Shown piece after piece: positions 47,078-61,728 of a stretch of DNA of 64,000 nucleotides. The stretch comes from Chrysomallon squamiferum (Eukaryota; Animalia; Mollusca), in NCBI GenBank assembly GCA_012295275.1, contig CM022672.1:2852001-2916000 (forward strand). Reading direction: 5' to 3'. Within the stretch, counting starts at the first letter, position 1, and each line of letters starts with the position of its first letter. A model generated the notes under the pieces. The model ran no database searches, was not told the DNA's origin, and saw nothing but the letters and a program-made list of their open reading frames with translations. A program made the translations under genes and the position numbers.

Positions 47078-47893
47078 ATTTCTGATATTAAGTAGGAGTT
47101 TCTCGTCCCGCTATTTGTCAGAAGATGAAAGTAAGATGAAAGTAAAATGACGAGATAACTGCAGCATAAAGACAGAACAATTTCAGCAGAATGTCAGCAT
47201 AACAATGTAATTGGTGTCTCTTTGGGTGATCCAGACCCTGCAGTTATAGTGGTTTTTTTGTTTTGTTTTTTTTAAATAATAATTTGACCTTTAAAACTAT
47301 ATAATACAGAAATACTGTCCATTAATATGTCTTGCTTTCTTTCTTTATTTATTTCTTTATTTGATTTCTTTATTTGTTTGCTTGTTTTATTTGCTTATTT
47401 GCTTATTTATATTATATTATATTATATTATATTTATCTGTTTGTTTGTTTCTTTCTTTCTTACTTTGTTTCTTTATTTACTCAATTAACTAGTTAGATAT
47501 TTGTTTTATGTTATATTTCAAAAGGATATTGATTAATTTGAATACATTTAATTGGATCGTTGTATCATATCATATCATTCTATTTCCACATTATATACAT
47601 GACTGCTACTGCTTAATAGCATTGTTCTTTTTGTATTTATTGTAATATTAACAACAGCTGTGGTACTTATAATAATGACACTAACAACAGGCTTGCTCTA
47701 GTCGAAGAGCAGAACTGGAAACATTAATAGCAGCGACAGTACGAGTTGTTGCAGCAATAGTGTTAATAATAGCAGTACTAGTAGTTGTAGCAGTAGTAAT
47801 ATTAGTAGTAGTAGTAGTAGTAGTAGTAGCAGTAGTAGAAACACTAGTAGAAGCAGTATTAATAGCAAACTTGATATGGTTGCAGTTACAGCA

Positions 47894-48616
47894 GCAGTGA
47901 TATGATTATAGTAACAGTGGTAGCAGTGATATGATTATAGCAGTAGTGGTCGCAGTGATATGATTATAGCAGTAGTGGTAGCAGTGATATGATTATAGCA
48001 GTAGTGGTAGCAGTGATGTGATTATAGGAATAGTGGTAGCAGTGATATGATTATAGCAGTAGTGGTAGCAGTGATATGATTATAGCAGTAGTGGTAGCAG
48101 TGATATGATTATAGTAACAGTGGCAGCAGTGATATGATTATAGCAGTAGTGGTAGCAGTGATATGATTATAGCAGTAGTGGTAGCAGTGATATGATTATA
48201 GAAACAGTGGCAGCAGTGATATGATTATAGCAGTAGTGGTAGCAGTGATATGATTATAGCAGTAGTGGTAGCAGTGATATGATTATAGCAGTAGTGGTAG
48301 CAGTGATATGATTATAGCAGTAGTGGTAGCAGTGATATGATTATAGTAACAGTGGCAGCAGTGGAGTGATATGATTATAGCAGTAGTGGTAGCAGTGATA
48401 TGATTATAGCAGTAGTGGTAGCAGTGATATGATTATAGCAGTAGTGGTAGCAGTGATATGATTATAGCAGTAGTGGCAGCAGTGATATGATTATAGCAGT
48501 AGTGGTAGCAGTGATATGATTATAGCAGTAGTGGTAGCAGTGATATGATTATAGTAATAGTGGTAGCAGTGATATGATTATAACAGTAGTGGTAGCAGTG
48601 ATATGATTATAGTAAT
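47894..48616. repeat. 29-bp minisatellite, about 25 copies
   Basis: Unit GCAGTGATATGATTATAGCAGTAGTGGTA in near-perfect tandem, with recurring TAACAGTGGCA variants. Confidence 0.97.
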
Positions 48617-50284
48617 AGAGGCACTAGATATGTGATAATAGGAGAAACAGATTACAAATCAGAGGCGTCACTCCAAGAGAATGGTAAAGTTTACTCTAAC
48701 GGAAAATGTACTTTAATGCAGTGCAATTTAACGTTCACAACCACTTTGCTAAATTGCTGTCAAGTGCAACAAACAATGAAAATCGCATGAGCCAACCCGA
48801 AACACGCCAAACGCATGTACTTTTAGACTGCACGCAGTGGTGAAAAGTGAACTAATTTATTCAAATATTGCCTGCACGTAAGACACGTGCAGTTGTCGCC
48901 TGACAGGCAAATTTCGAAACCAGCTCACTCTAGTATTCGTACAAATATCGCCTGCAGGTAGTTTTGAAAACAACTTCAATAGTATTTATGTAAATTATTA
49001 AATACGTTAAATTATTTTTACGTCTGTATTTTACTTAAATATGATTTTCACAACCAATTGGGTTGACTTTTTAGAAATTTCAGTTTGAATTAAACAGTAC
49101 TTTCGACATTTATGAACTTAATCTTTTTTAAAACTAAAAATAAAAAAATAAAAATAAAAAAAAATAAATAAATAATGTTATTCATTGAATTTCACGTTTT
49201 GTAGAAATGTATTGCAGTGATCAATAACTTTTTAATTTTTTTTTTTTTTACATTATGAAATGAGCCAGAAATTTATAGGATAAGAAAAAAAGTAATAGAA
49301 AGTAATCAAGGAAAGAATAAGGAAAAACACAGAAAAAACCAACGAAAAAACAATGAGCATAGAAGAAAAGAATAAATAAATTATCTATATAACGCCTTTC
49401 CACAAACAGTGAAATTTCCTAAAAACAGCTAATCAGACTCATTAACACGTTTTTATCTACTGACTCGTCACACTTCACGCACGCAAGCTGAACGCAAACT
49501 CCACCAGTTGATCTGGATTTTATGTAATCCGCAAATCAACACTTTCAATTAACTGGTCCAGAATAGGCTGCCAGAGAGCACGTATTACGTAATTTACTGA
49601 TTAAGAAAACAAAACAATACGTCCAGTTAATGACTCCGTTGGTCGTTTAGTGGTCAATTTGTTACTTATGCTGTCAGCTATCTGACATATTCCTCTCCTG
49701 ATAATAACTCACAGATTTGCAAGGATCCAGTGCTATATTTTCAGAACTGACAGTAGCGCAGGTTTTTGTTCTTCCAAGTGTTGGACTCTGTGGTTAAAAG
49801 CAGTCAGCGTTTAGCCGCAATATGTCTCAGGATCAGTCCTCCTAATATACCTGTTCACTTTTCACATAGTGCTCCACAGCTAAAGTATCAAATATCTTTG
49901 TATAGGTTTTCCTCTACGATAAGGCACACAAATGATCCCTTCTTGCTAAAACATTAATACTGAGCGCTTTGTCGTTCGTATCAACATTGTTATATAAAAT
50001 GCAAAATCGAAACTTCATGAAAGTTAATACTATACATGTATATTTATATAAATATTAATCCATATATTTATTGCTAATTTGATGGTGGAGATATCGGATG
50101 CTATTACATATTATTAAGAAGAATAAAATGAGATCCGTGGTAAAATTTGATTATTTTTTATTTATTTATTTATTTATTAATAGTGTATTGTACAGATTGT
50201 TTGGCTTTCGTAATTTTATCTCGTAATGAAAACATCGTTGCTACCAAACAAATACTTAAATGAAGATTTGCTTCAATATGAATA

Positions 50285-50603
50285 CAGGTATCGAACAAAT
50301 TATCCGGACTCCATGGGGCCTGAGTCATTCCTAATTTCTGGATTTTCTGTTTTTTTTCGTACCAAGGCATCTAAATACGTAAATAATTAGGCATAAACAT
50401 TTAAAATTAAAAACTGACGATACACAACTGTGGCGACTCGACACGTAAACAATGCGGCGAGTGAATGAACGTCACGAGGCTTGAAAGATAAGTTCCGGTC
50501 TGGTGAGGACAACACAAGCACGCGCGAACAATGAAAATAGCGTCGGGAAAAAAACTTCCGGTTTTCCGGATTTCAAGACGCCGGATAATTGGTCCGGTAC
50601 CTG
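50285..50603. mobile_element. 319-bp MITE of the Tc1/mariner superfamily (pogo/Tigger-like ends)
   Basis: Left end TA-CAGGTATCGAACAAATTATCCGG; the right end reverse-complements to TA-CAGGTACCGGACCAATTATCCGG (20/23 TIR identity). TA target duplication at 50283-84 and 50604-05. Subterminal TTCCGG repeats, no transposase. Confidence 0.85.
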
Positions 50604-50874
50604 TAATAACCTTCAGTAGAATGCGGGGTGGGGGGATTCGTAATGAAAAACAGTATAGTTTCATACCACACTTTCTTAAGAGGAATTTTTATGTAATTAA
50701 GCACGTTGCACGGCTTTTAATAATGGATTAACAACAAATGTGTGTGCATATATATATATACGTATGAAGCTTTGTGTGTGTGTGTGTGTGTGTGAATGTG
50801 GATGTATACATACGTATGCATGTGTGCATGAATATAATAAGGAAAGTGAAAGCATGTAGCTAAAATAACATCGT

Positions 50875-51105
50875 ATGGTGTGTATTGTGTGTGTTTGTGT
50901 GTATGTGTGTGTATTTGTGTGTATGTGTGTGTATTTGTGTGTATGTGTGTGTATTTGTGTGTATGTGTGTGTATGTGTGTGTGTATGTGTGTGTGTGTGT
51001 GTATGTGTGTGTGTTTGTGTGTATTTGTGTGTATGTGTGTGTATTTGTGTGTATGTGTGTGTATTTGTGTGTATGTGTGTGTATTTGTGTGTATTTGTGT
51101 GTGTA
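50875..51105. repeat. TG-derived 20-bp higher-order microsatellite (GTATGTGTGTGTATTTGTGT)n
   Basis: Alternating 10-mers GTATGTGTGT and GTATTTGTGT. Confidence 0.92.
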
Positions 51106-51430
51106 TATATACATAAATCTGACACATACGCTAATTTAATTACTTAAATCTCGTACAGCAAATTTAGCTTTATTTATCGTATGAGGCTTATGAATATTTT
51201 TATTATTCCTTCCTATCTAGTGACGTTTCTGATAATGTAATTCTGTTCTGATAACAATGGGTTCCTTGTAGTGCCGCGCAGCGCAAACACTTAGCCGTCC
51301 TCCGAGTACGTAAAGTATTTCCGCTTATTTCTTAGTTCCGGTGTGTCGACCTTAGCACAACAATGTAGACTCAGGCAGGAATGTCAGCAGCTTTTAGTAG
51401 CTTTGAAATAATAATAATAATAATAGTAAA

Positions 51431-51512
<82 letters not shown>

Positions 51513-52028
51513 GTAAAATATTTATACACATACACTTGCATACACACATCAAAATAATCACGTATATTTTTTTACTATTTCATATTTGCACATTTCTGTT
51601 TCTACACGCATTCATATGTGCTTTTGTGGTGTGTGTATAATAAAAAAAAATACATGTGTGATTCTATTCATACATGTATGCTACTGTGTGTGCATTTATA
51701 TGTGTATATAAACTTTATTTTTGTTGTAAGTATGGCTTATAGTGTCAGTGATGGCGGTTTTATATTTCCCGGTGTTTTCATTGTTTTACACGTATGCGTT
51801 TGACGAAAAAAGCACGCACAGGTACACGCCTACGCATAACCGTATACACTATTCTTCTATCAATTTATAAATGAATGTACACGCTTGTCCCTACACACGG
51901 CACTTAATATTCTCATGATTCAGCTATCATCAAACGTTTCGACAATATCAGTTTGTAAGAGGCTGCAGACAGAAATGGGAGGATACTTGTTAAAGTAACA
52001 TTTCCTGTTACCCACACTTTCCACTTAC

Positions 52029-52045
52029 CATGCTTGTACGTGCAT
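52029..52045 (-). CDS. Candidate very short first coding exon end (MHVQA-C)
   Basis: ATG CAC GTA CAA GCA TG|GTAAGT: consensus donor, phase 2. Too short to judge coding potential. Confidence 0.25.
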
Positions 52046-54343
52046 CACGGAGAATAATTATATTATGAGGAGTAGTCTTTGTTACTGTTCGCGCCGTTAT
52101 TATTTGTTATTGTTCTGGTAAATCGTTTTGTCACGTTTATTTAATTTATTATGTATATTTGTTTTAGGTCTTTTGTGATTGATGTGAGAGTGGATAAGTT
52201 TCTATTCTCATGTTTTAAGAATATATATATATATATATATGTTTATCAGTCAATTTCATTTGTATCACTTTACCATTACAAAAATGATTCATATATTTCA
52301 TACATTACACACACACACACACGCACACACATATATATAAATGCGCACTGTGTGACAAGAGACAGAGAGGGAGAGAGAGTAAACGAGAGCCATCATTTCG
52401 TCAAGAACAGTTTCATTGATTATTCTGTTTATTAATTAACCTGCATGTGATTACATGTACTGCAAGTTCATTCAACTCTTTGACATTCATACTACAGTGT
52501 AGTTTATGATTTTGTTTGTTTGTTGTTGTCATTTCGCATGGTTTTCATTTACTAATACAAAACAGCACGATAATCATGCTGATTAGACATACTGATGAAT
52601 GCTAAGAAGTATTATGTGCACGCATGCTTGTACCTGGGTTGTGTTCTGAGGACAGACTCGCGGTAAACATGTAGATGTAACAAACAGTTCTCTCGCTCTG
52701 ATTAGTTCATGACACGTGTCATGCAGTTTTAATGCAGAAAAAACAAACAACATCTGTCTCTCGGAAAGAATAATTTTAATGAAGCATATTCTTTTGGAAT
52801 TAATACACACGAATGCACAGATGCCGCACGCACGCACGCACGCACGCACACTCGAATACGCATGCATACGTATAATCGAAATGAATAATTAAAAAACATT
52901 AATAAGTTGCCGAAGCGATGCTGCATAATGTATGACTGAACCGTATTTAATGCCGATTTTATGAATTATAAAAGCTGAGATTCGATTTACTTTGGGAATT
53001 TCGTAGTTCTGTTATTTCAATGCACTGTTACTGTACACACGTTTTGTACCTAATGTACTTTCTTTAGCCGGAGCTTTCCCATGTTGACTGTGGTAAATGT
53101 TTCTCACCAGTTCGCGTACAGGCTGTCAGTTTTACTTATTTTACTTTCATTTAATTTATTCTGACAAAGGAAGCGATTACGTAACGGTGTCCCAGCAAGA
53201 CGGCCATGTTAACTCTATTATCGTTTTCGTTTGTCTGGAAACAAGAAACTAGCTACAGAGATACATTTAATTTTTTTTTTTTAAATGTTCATGAATAAAA
53301 GAAATAATATTAAACTAATGTAAAAAGGCAATACTATTACACACAATTTCCTCTCAAGAACGCGAATGACGGATCTAGGTTATATGTATATATATATATA
53401 TATACGTCCTATAACGATTTCAGATCAAGCCAAAACTAATAACAGGCCTACGATGACAAGGGATATTAAACATGCCTGTCTCTGCCGAGAATTTTACTTA
53501 ATGCCACTGTTTAAGATCTAACCATTCTTCTTCGTCTAGTAGTATTACGTCGATTTAATCTCCTCCTTTGTGATTTCTCTACGAACTCGGTGATGATGTT
53601 ATGTAGAAATAATGAAGTCAAAAATGTCATAATATTTTGTATGTGTGTATGTGTTTGTTATGAGTATGTATTTGTGTGTGTACGTATGTTTGTGTGTATG
53701 TACGTACGTACGTACGTAAACATGTCGTGTAGCTTAACGATCTGTTCACGAAATATTTTAGTATTAGATCAATTTCCCGAATAGCAAATGGTGATTTATT
53801 AAAGAAATGAGATATGTTTAGCAATAATTATTAAACCGATTCCTCTGAAATTTCATTAAGTTACACACGCATGTCATTACAGCTGTATATAATAATCTGC
53901 AAAAACACTCGCACGCGTTCTTATAGGGAGCCGTATTGATTTACTAATCAATTCATAGACCATAATTTTATTCTTAGGTGTTAAAAAAAGATATATTATT
54001 TACGTACAAGCCGATGTGTATTTATCGTATTGTTGTCGTTTCGTCGAACTGCTGTTGCTGAATGTTAAATAAGGATCTAATCGAAATTCTGTTTATTCAT
54101 ATGCAGACACATTGGTCCGGTAATAATTCGAGGCATTCTGCCACGAAACTGACAAATGAAATGGAAAGAAATGTCATTACTGCTCGTACGTTAGATGTGG
54201 CAATTATGTTCTTCTAACTTAAGACGGGCGTTTTTTTAAAATTATTATTAAGAAACTGGACAAAGCATTGTGTCCTTATTATTTTATGCTTGGTGAGTGA
54301 TGATAATTATGATGATGATGATGATTGTGGTGTTGCTGGTGGA

Positions 54344-54521
54344 AATAATTATCTTACCATATATTTGTTAATTCTTTCTTTGTTCATTTTTGAAAGATTT
54401 TGTTTTCTTCTTTTTTTCTGAATTTTCATGGCGATTATGAGATTACTGTGTTCTACTTCTTCTTCTTATTTGACTGTGATATTTTTGTTTTTACTGTCAT
54501 TGCTGATGTTGGTGTCGATGA
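54344..54521 (+). repeat. Copy 1 of a ~175-bp dispersed direct duplication
   Basis: AATAATTATCTTACCATATATTTG...GATGTTGGTGTCGATGA is nearly identical to 56351-56523. Confidence 0.95.
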
Positions 54522-54679
54522 CAGTTATTACCAGTACAGCAGTAAAATAAATAAAATAAAATAAAGAAACAATGAAACAAACAATTTTACTAATAAAAAT
54601 ATATTAATAAACAAAAACCAAAAAAGTAAAAAAAAAGAGAAAAATAACCATCAACAACAAAAACAAACAAACAAACAAA

Positions 54680-54726
<47 letters not shown>

Positions 54727-55395
54727 ATTCATTTTCTATCGACCAGCTTTTTCGCGCCCCCATTTTGCCCTTTAACTTCTTTATTTCCTTTTTCCTTTAT
54801 TGTTCTGTTCTTCTATTCCTTCGGTCTTTTTTCTTTCTTTCTTTCTATCATCTGTTGCATCATTTGCGAAAAAAACTAATTATTCACTAGATTCTTGGAG
54901 TCTTAAAAAGTTGAAAGGTTTCCGAGAAGTCCATAAAATACAAGTGACATTTTTTTTTTTTTTTTTTTTTCGAAATTCAGGCATTTTACTTGATTCCTCA
55001 GATCACTGTACTGAATGAAGTGAAGAGGTTTCCTTGATCCCGTTAACTTTGTTATTGTGTAAAGTTCTTTGCAGTAATATTGGGGATTAGTATTCTTCGT
55101 GTTTTGACGATCTGGACTTGCAGGCAGACTTTCAGAGTGCTCAGTGACACTTCGTGCACTGAACATTCTAAGATTTTGAAGTACATTCTGAAAAAACCAG
55201 TCTCATAGAGACTGTTTAATTTTCTTTCTTTTTCCCCTTGCTGTAGTTTTAATTAAAGGCGGTATATATATAAATATATATAAAGTATATTTCATTGATT
55301 ACAGTCGAGTTTCCCTAGAGTCACAGCAGTAGAGTCTTTCTTTTTGTTTTCTGCATTGCAACAAGCAGATTTTAACGTGTGTGAGCTTGAAAGCT

Positions 55396-55426
<31 letters not shown>

Positions 55427-56190
55427 TAAAGACACATATAAAAAAAAATTATATTGTCATTAGTAATAATATATTTTTTATGTCTCTTTAATAATTAAGG
55501 AGTAAAACTATCACAATTGTTGAAAAAGTGTGGAAGTAAAGAACGGCACTGAAAAAAATTGATGACTGATCTCTGGTCTGTGACCCGTCTACAGAAAACA
55601 AACATGCAGTATTTTGTTCCGTTTTTCTTTTCCTTTATTTATTTCTTAAAGATGTAAGAATACTAAATACATTGTGTATGTGTGTGTGTTTGTGTGGGTG
55701 GGGGTGCGTGTGTTATGACCTCATATATATCTGTAGCAAATAAAGAAACAAATGTATCTAAATTATCGTTAAATAAATAAATGATCGCAAGTCTTCTTAA
55801 AACTAACAAAACACGAGCATTCTCGCAGACTTTATGTGCCCTTCTTGGAATTTGGTCACATATGATAAAATCAATTCTGTCCAACGGTAGGGAAAGAAAT
55901 GAGAACAAAGAAGACCAAAAAAAAAAAAAAAGTTATTTATTGTTCATCAATAATGGTATCGTCAGTTATAACACACAAGAGTCTCCGCCATGTTAAAACT
56001 ATTGACTGCAGGGTAAAAGAAATGTTAAACTGCAGATTTTGTGGAGAACTGGGTGTATTTTGAAACACCAGACGAAAGATAAAGGAAAGCTTAAAGAGAC
56101 CCTGGCTCTAGATAAACACTTACAGATATCGTTTAATTCATATGATTTTGTTTTTGTTGAAATTCTTTGATTTTCTGTTTATTTAATAGT

Positions 56191-56227
<37 letters not shown>

Positions 56228-56321
56228 GTAAATAATAAATAATAATAATAATAGAGTATAATGATAATAATAATAATAGTAATAATAATAATAGTAAATA
56301 ATAATAAAAATAATAATAATG

Positions 56322-56350
<29 letters not shown>

Positions 56351-56356
<6 letters not shown>

Positions 56357-56523
56357 TATCTTACCATATATTTGTTAATTCTTTCTTTGTTCATTTTTGA
56401 AAGGGTTTTTTTTTTTTTTCTGAATTTTCATGGCGATTATGAGATTACTGTATTCTTCTTCTTCTTCTTATTTGACTGTGATATTTTTGTTTTTACTGTC
56501 ATTGCTGATGTTGGTGTCGATGA
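56351..56523 (+). repeat. Copy 2 of the ~175-bp duplication, flanked by (AAT)n and (GAA)n
   Basis: Matches 54344-54521 apart from the T-run and a few substitutions. Confidence 0.95.
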
Positions 56524-58960
56524 AGAAGAAGAAGAAGAAGAAGAAGAAGAAGAAGAAGAAGAAGAAGAAGAAGAAAAAGAAGAAGAAACATACGCGATCA
56601 GGATGGACTGTTCATCATTTTGCCGATGAGCGTTCATCTGATTACTTACATGAATACTCAGCTTTTAGCTCTAAAATCAAGGAATCGCGTATTTTAATAA
56701 GATGGAGTATGACACGCCAGTCCCAGACGATATCTTGAAATTTTAAAAAAAAAAGACAAAAAGACAAGACAAATATCTGAAAGGTCATCTCTGTTATAAA
56801 TCGATTCAGCGGCCGGATACATTAACAGTGAGAGGACAGATGTATAAAGAGCGAAACCACACAAATACAAATATTAAAAAAAAAAAACACGAGAGAGAGA
56901 AAAAAAAAGAAAACGTGTTATTAGGACAATTGATAACACTGATAGCATAACCATTGTTTAACGCCAAGAATCTATAACAAAGCCAGTGACGTCAAAGAAT
57001 TTCTTATTTGATTTACGAAGCGATGGGGCGAGTTCTGTATTAAGGATAGTTGCTGACAGATGATACAATAATTATCGTTTGCGCTAACGTAGGAAACTGA
57101 CTGGAATTCCTTAGAGCACTGTAAAGAATTGACTGGTATTCTGTGCAGTCCTACAGTACAGTAACCAAGGGAATGTACTCAAGTTATCAATAAATGTGTA
57201 ACGTATCTTAGATCTTTATATGATAAGTAACATTCTGAAATATCTCGAAATCTAGAACAGGATCATTCATGATATTTCTACGCAACGCACATACACGTAA
57301 CGTATCGATACATATTATAGAGACATAGATATACACATAGATACATAGACTCATACGTACATACACACATTTATTCGTTTCTTTATACATATATATATAT
57401 ATATAGATATCACACACATACATAAATACATATATATATATACAAACACGTACACACACATACACACACACACACATATATATTTATACACACACAAACA
57501 CACACAGTCACACACACACACACACATATATATATATAAACACACCCACACTGAGACACACACACACACACATACATACGCCCGCACATACCAATAAGCG
57601 ACAAGTCACATCAGAGGCGGTTTCGGAAATACTTTTTCTCGCTGTGAATCCTACAGGTGACAATATCCGCTCACGCTGTTTAACAGTTGGACCCAAATTG
57701 AGCTTATTTTTTTTACATTAAAGACATGGGCGAAACTGTAAAGACTGATGTGAAAATAGGTTAACCCTTGCGTGCTCGAAACTGTTAACCTCGCCGCACT
57801 GTGCAGCACACGCAAACTTTGTTAGATGAGATTAAAACGAAAACAAAAATAGAAAAGAAAGAACATTTTTAAGAAAGCGAAAAGAGTTAGAGACTAACAG
57901 CAAAGGTGTATACTTTTATTTAAGGAGTAGATCCTAATGATGATGATGATGATGATAATGATAATGATAAGAAGTGGAAGAAATAATTAATGATTGATCT
58001 AAAGGAAAAGAAGAAAAGATGATGATGATGATGATGATGATGATAATAATAAGAAATTCAATCAAATATGTTATGTATTATTGCATGACTGAATTAAATC
58101 TAAGAAAATACTACAGGATACACGAAATAATTATTCATTACTTTTCTTATAATTGAGTATTAGTTGCGAGCGATTTGCAGGGAATCTGGGATGATGCTCA
58201 TTACAAAAGATTTCTAATCGTCATCCAGGGAAATATATTACGTCATAAACCGCTCGTTACGTCATTACTATGGCAGCGGTTCGAGAGAACGTTGACAGTT
58301 CGTTAATATTCATTAGCGTGTTACAGATATGGTTTTATTGTTCGTTTACAAAAATAATCGAATATGTAATTATTCCCAGGTGAATGGTTTGTGAACGTAA
58401 ATAGCAAGGCTTTTCCTTTAGTTTGGGTTTATTAAAAACGTATAATATTTTATAGTATTTCAACGTATAATATTTTATAGTATTAAAAATTCATTAAACG
58501 TTATTCAGTAATGACCAACATTATCTCTATGAACTTAGCATTAAGCACTGATATCTTTGTATATATGTATGTATGTATGTATGTGTTTGTGTGAGTATAT
58601 GTGCGTGTATGTGTGTGTCAATGTACTTTGTGTATATACTCATTTATATTAACTAGTTTTGTTTGTCATAGAATATATAATCAGTCTGTCACAAGCCGGC
58701 TTATTAAAACAATGGATACGTAGTCCAACATATTTAAAAAATATAAATAAAATTAAATAATTAAAATAATAATAATAATAATAATAATCATAATAATCAT
58801 AATCATAATCATAATCATAATCATAATCATAATAATAATAATAATCATAATAATAATAATAATAATAACATTTTTCTTAAAAACACCTGCAATATTTTAA
58901 TGGATAATAATATTGACATAATGAATGTATTTATCTAAATCGTTTTCTTCTCTTGTTTAA

Positions 58961-58995
<35 letters not shown>

Positions 58996-59054
58996 ATATA
59001 CAGTTATTATTATTGTAAATATTATTAAATAATTCCTATAACTAAATCCCTTAC

Positions 59055-59311
59055 CTAAAATACGAGTTTCCGTAATCTATGGGGCTTGAATGAACGGCGC
59101 GAACAACTAAATGTCCATTATTTCTGAGAGGAGACGCTTTGGAAGAACCATCCGCGGTTTTCTTTCTTCTTTTCTTGATGGAGGAGAACGCTCTCCTCAA
59201 TACTCCTAGATTCGCCTTCACCGCGTCCACACTTTCATTCTGAAGTCCCTGTATGTCCGTCAGTTTTTCCGAAAGTCTGTCCGGTGAAGGACTGTACTGC
59301 TTTTTCTGCAT
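59055..59311 (-). CDS. GARNL3: Distal first coding exon of the GARNL3-like gene (MQKKQYSPSPDRLSEKLTDIQGLQNESVDAVKANLGVLRRAFSSIKKRRKKTADGSSKASPLRNNGHLVVRAVHSSPIDYGNSYF-S)
   Basis: AAACATG start, 85 open codons of normal complexity, then TAG|GTAAGG strong donor. 257 nt = 85x3+2, so phase 2 joins exon 287-356 in frame (AG+C = Ser). A CpG-richer promoter-like region lies upstream. Confidence 0.7.
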
Positions 59312-59559
59312 GTTTCTTGTCAATACGTTTCTCAAATTCACAAAAAAAAAAAAAAACGATATTTTCACGTGTCTTTTGATACAGTAATGCAAATATTTCT
59401 ATCCTCTTTCAAGTCGCATCAGTGTGTAATCCCTTCTTTCTGAGACGAATAAACGTTGGCCGAACGAAGCGTACGTTCAGAAATCTAGTCCGTGTTTATA
59501 AAACGTCCGTGCGAAACCGTTGTCATATCCTGATGGTCCTAACAGCGCTATCAATTTGG

Positions 59560-60203
<644 letters not shown>

Positions 60204-60668
60204 AAAAAGATAATATTAAACTGATTCATAATATTTTAAACTATATAATGTAACTAAAAGTATTTATCACATAAAGAAAGAATGATTCATTTATTAACAT
60301 CTTTTTTTCAAATTAAAAAAAAAAAGCATAAGACAAGCTGTCATTGTTACATTTCAAACCTATAAAACTGAAAATCATTATTAAATAATAATAATAATAA
60401 AAAATGAGTCATTTATTAACTGTTCTCTTTTTATTATTTATTTATTTTTATTTTATTTTTTTCTTATTTTTATTTTAAATATTAAAGAAGCATACGCATA
60501 CTATATTCTTTGTCCTTACCGGGTTTCAAGTTTGTATGATTTCGTTGATAACGTGTAAAACGGGTAAACATTTTATTCCAGTTCTTCATTACAGGAGAAA
60601 AGAAATGATGCAAAGGTAATGGCTAACGTTCAAAATTAAACAAAGAACAATATGCATTATATATGTAC

Positions 60669-60699
<31 letters not shown>

Positions 60700-61473
60700 T
60701 ATATTCCTCAATCTTGAGCTTTGTATTGTTGTTTTTATCCTGAAAGCATTAGCAATCTCTTTCAAAAGTGTGTCGCTACGTCACAAAAAGCAGTTTTAGT
60801 AATTAATTAGAAGAAATTTTAATTACACCTTTTCCTATATATATATATATATGTATGTATGTATATATATATTGTAACCTCTCCGGTCTAAACTAAAATA
60901 GATTAGTTCCCGCTGTGCACACTAATGAAAAACTTGAGATGGCAGAACATTACAATAAAGCAAGTTTTTCATATACTCGTATAGCACACAGCTAATGTGT
61001 TTAAGTGCATTAGTCATATGCAATGTGCGAATAATGTGTACTAGCAAAACAACAATAACAGTGTATGTGTATGCGTGCGTGTATGTATGTGTGTGCGTGT
61101 GTGTGTTGTAGTTGTTATTATCTGTTCAGAAACAGAGCTGCAGTATATATAACTATATTTTTTAAAGCCGCTGGTTTCGACAGGTGGTAGAGTCCCACAA
61201 AGAAGCGAATGTGGCGAGAATCCGCTGGTTTCCAGCTGCCGCTCTCTTTGTTTTAGCGTGTGAATTCATCAAACTTTCCTCCACGTCTACCAGGTTACAG
61301 TGACCAGCCCAATGCACCATACAGTTCAAACAGCAAACAGTAATCATCTTTTATTTTTTTTATTTATTCTTTCTTTCTTCATTCCTTTTACTCTTCCTTT
61401 CGTTCTTGCTTTCGTGTGTGTGTTTCGCGTTTTAAGATTTTATTTCGGTGTTTGATTCATTTGTTTCAAGTGC

Positions 61474-61504
<31 letters not shown>

Positions 61505-61680
61505 AATTCTTTTGTTTTAGTTTTTATATATTTTTTTTATTTATGTATTTATTTTATTAACTTAATTAGTTTTGCAACACACCTAAGTAAATAACAATCC
61601 ATAATTCTCGGTTTGTTTTAGTACATTTATTTAACATAAAAAAAAGTAATCTTAACAATCTGACCCTCACAAACACACAC

Positions 61681-61728
<48 letters not shown>

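Noticed and set aside
57761-57830. piggyBac-like TTAACCCTT end
   Set aside because: No matching inverted terminus was found.
58437-58484. 23-bp tandem duplication AACGTATAATATTTTATAGTATT
   Set aside because: Real, but an ordinary slippage duplication.
61162-61347. 61-aa minus-strand ORF as a further upstream exon
   Set aside because: Ends at a stop without a usable donor, and no homology was recognised.
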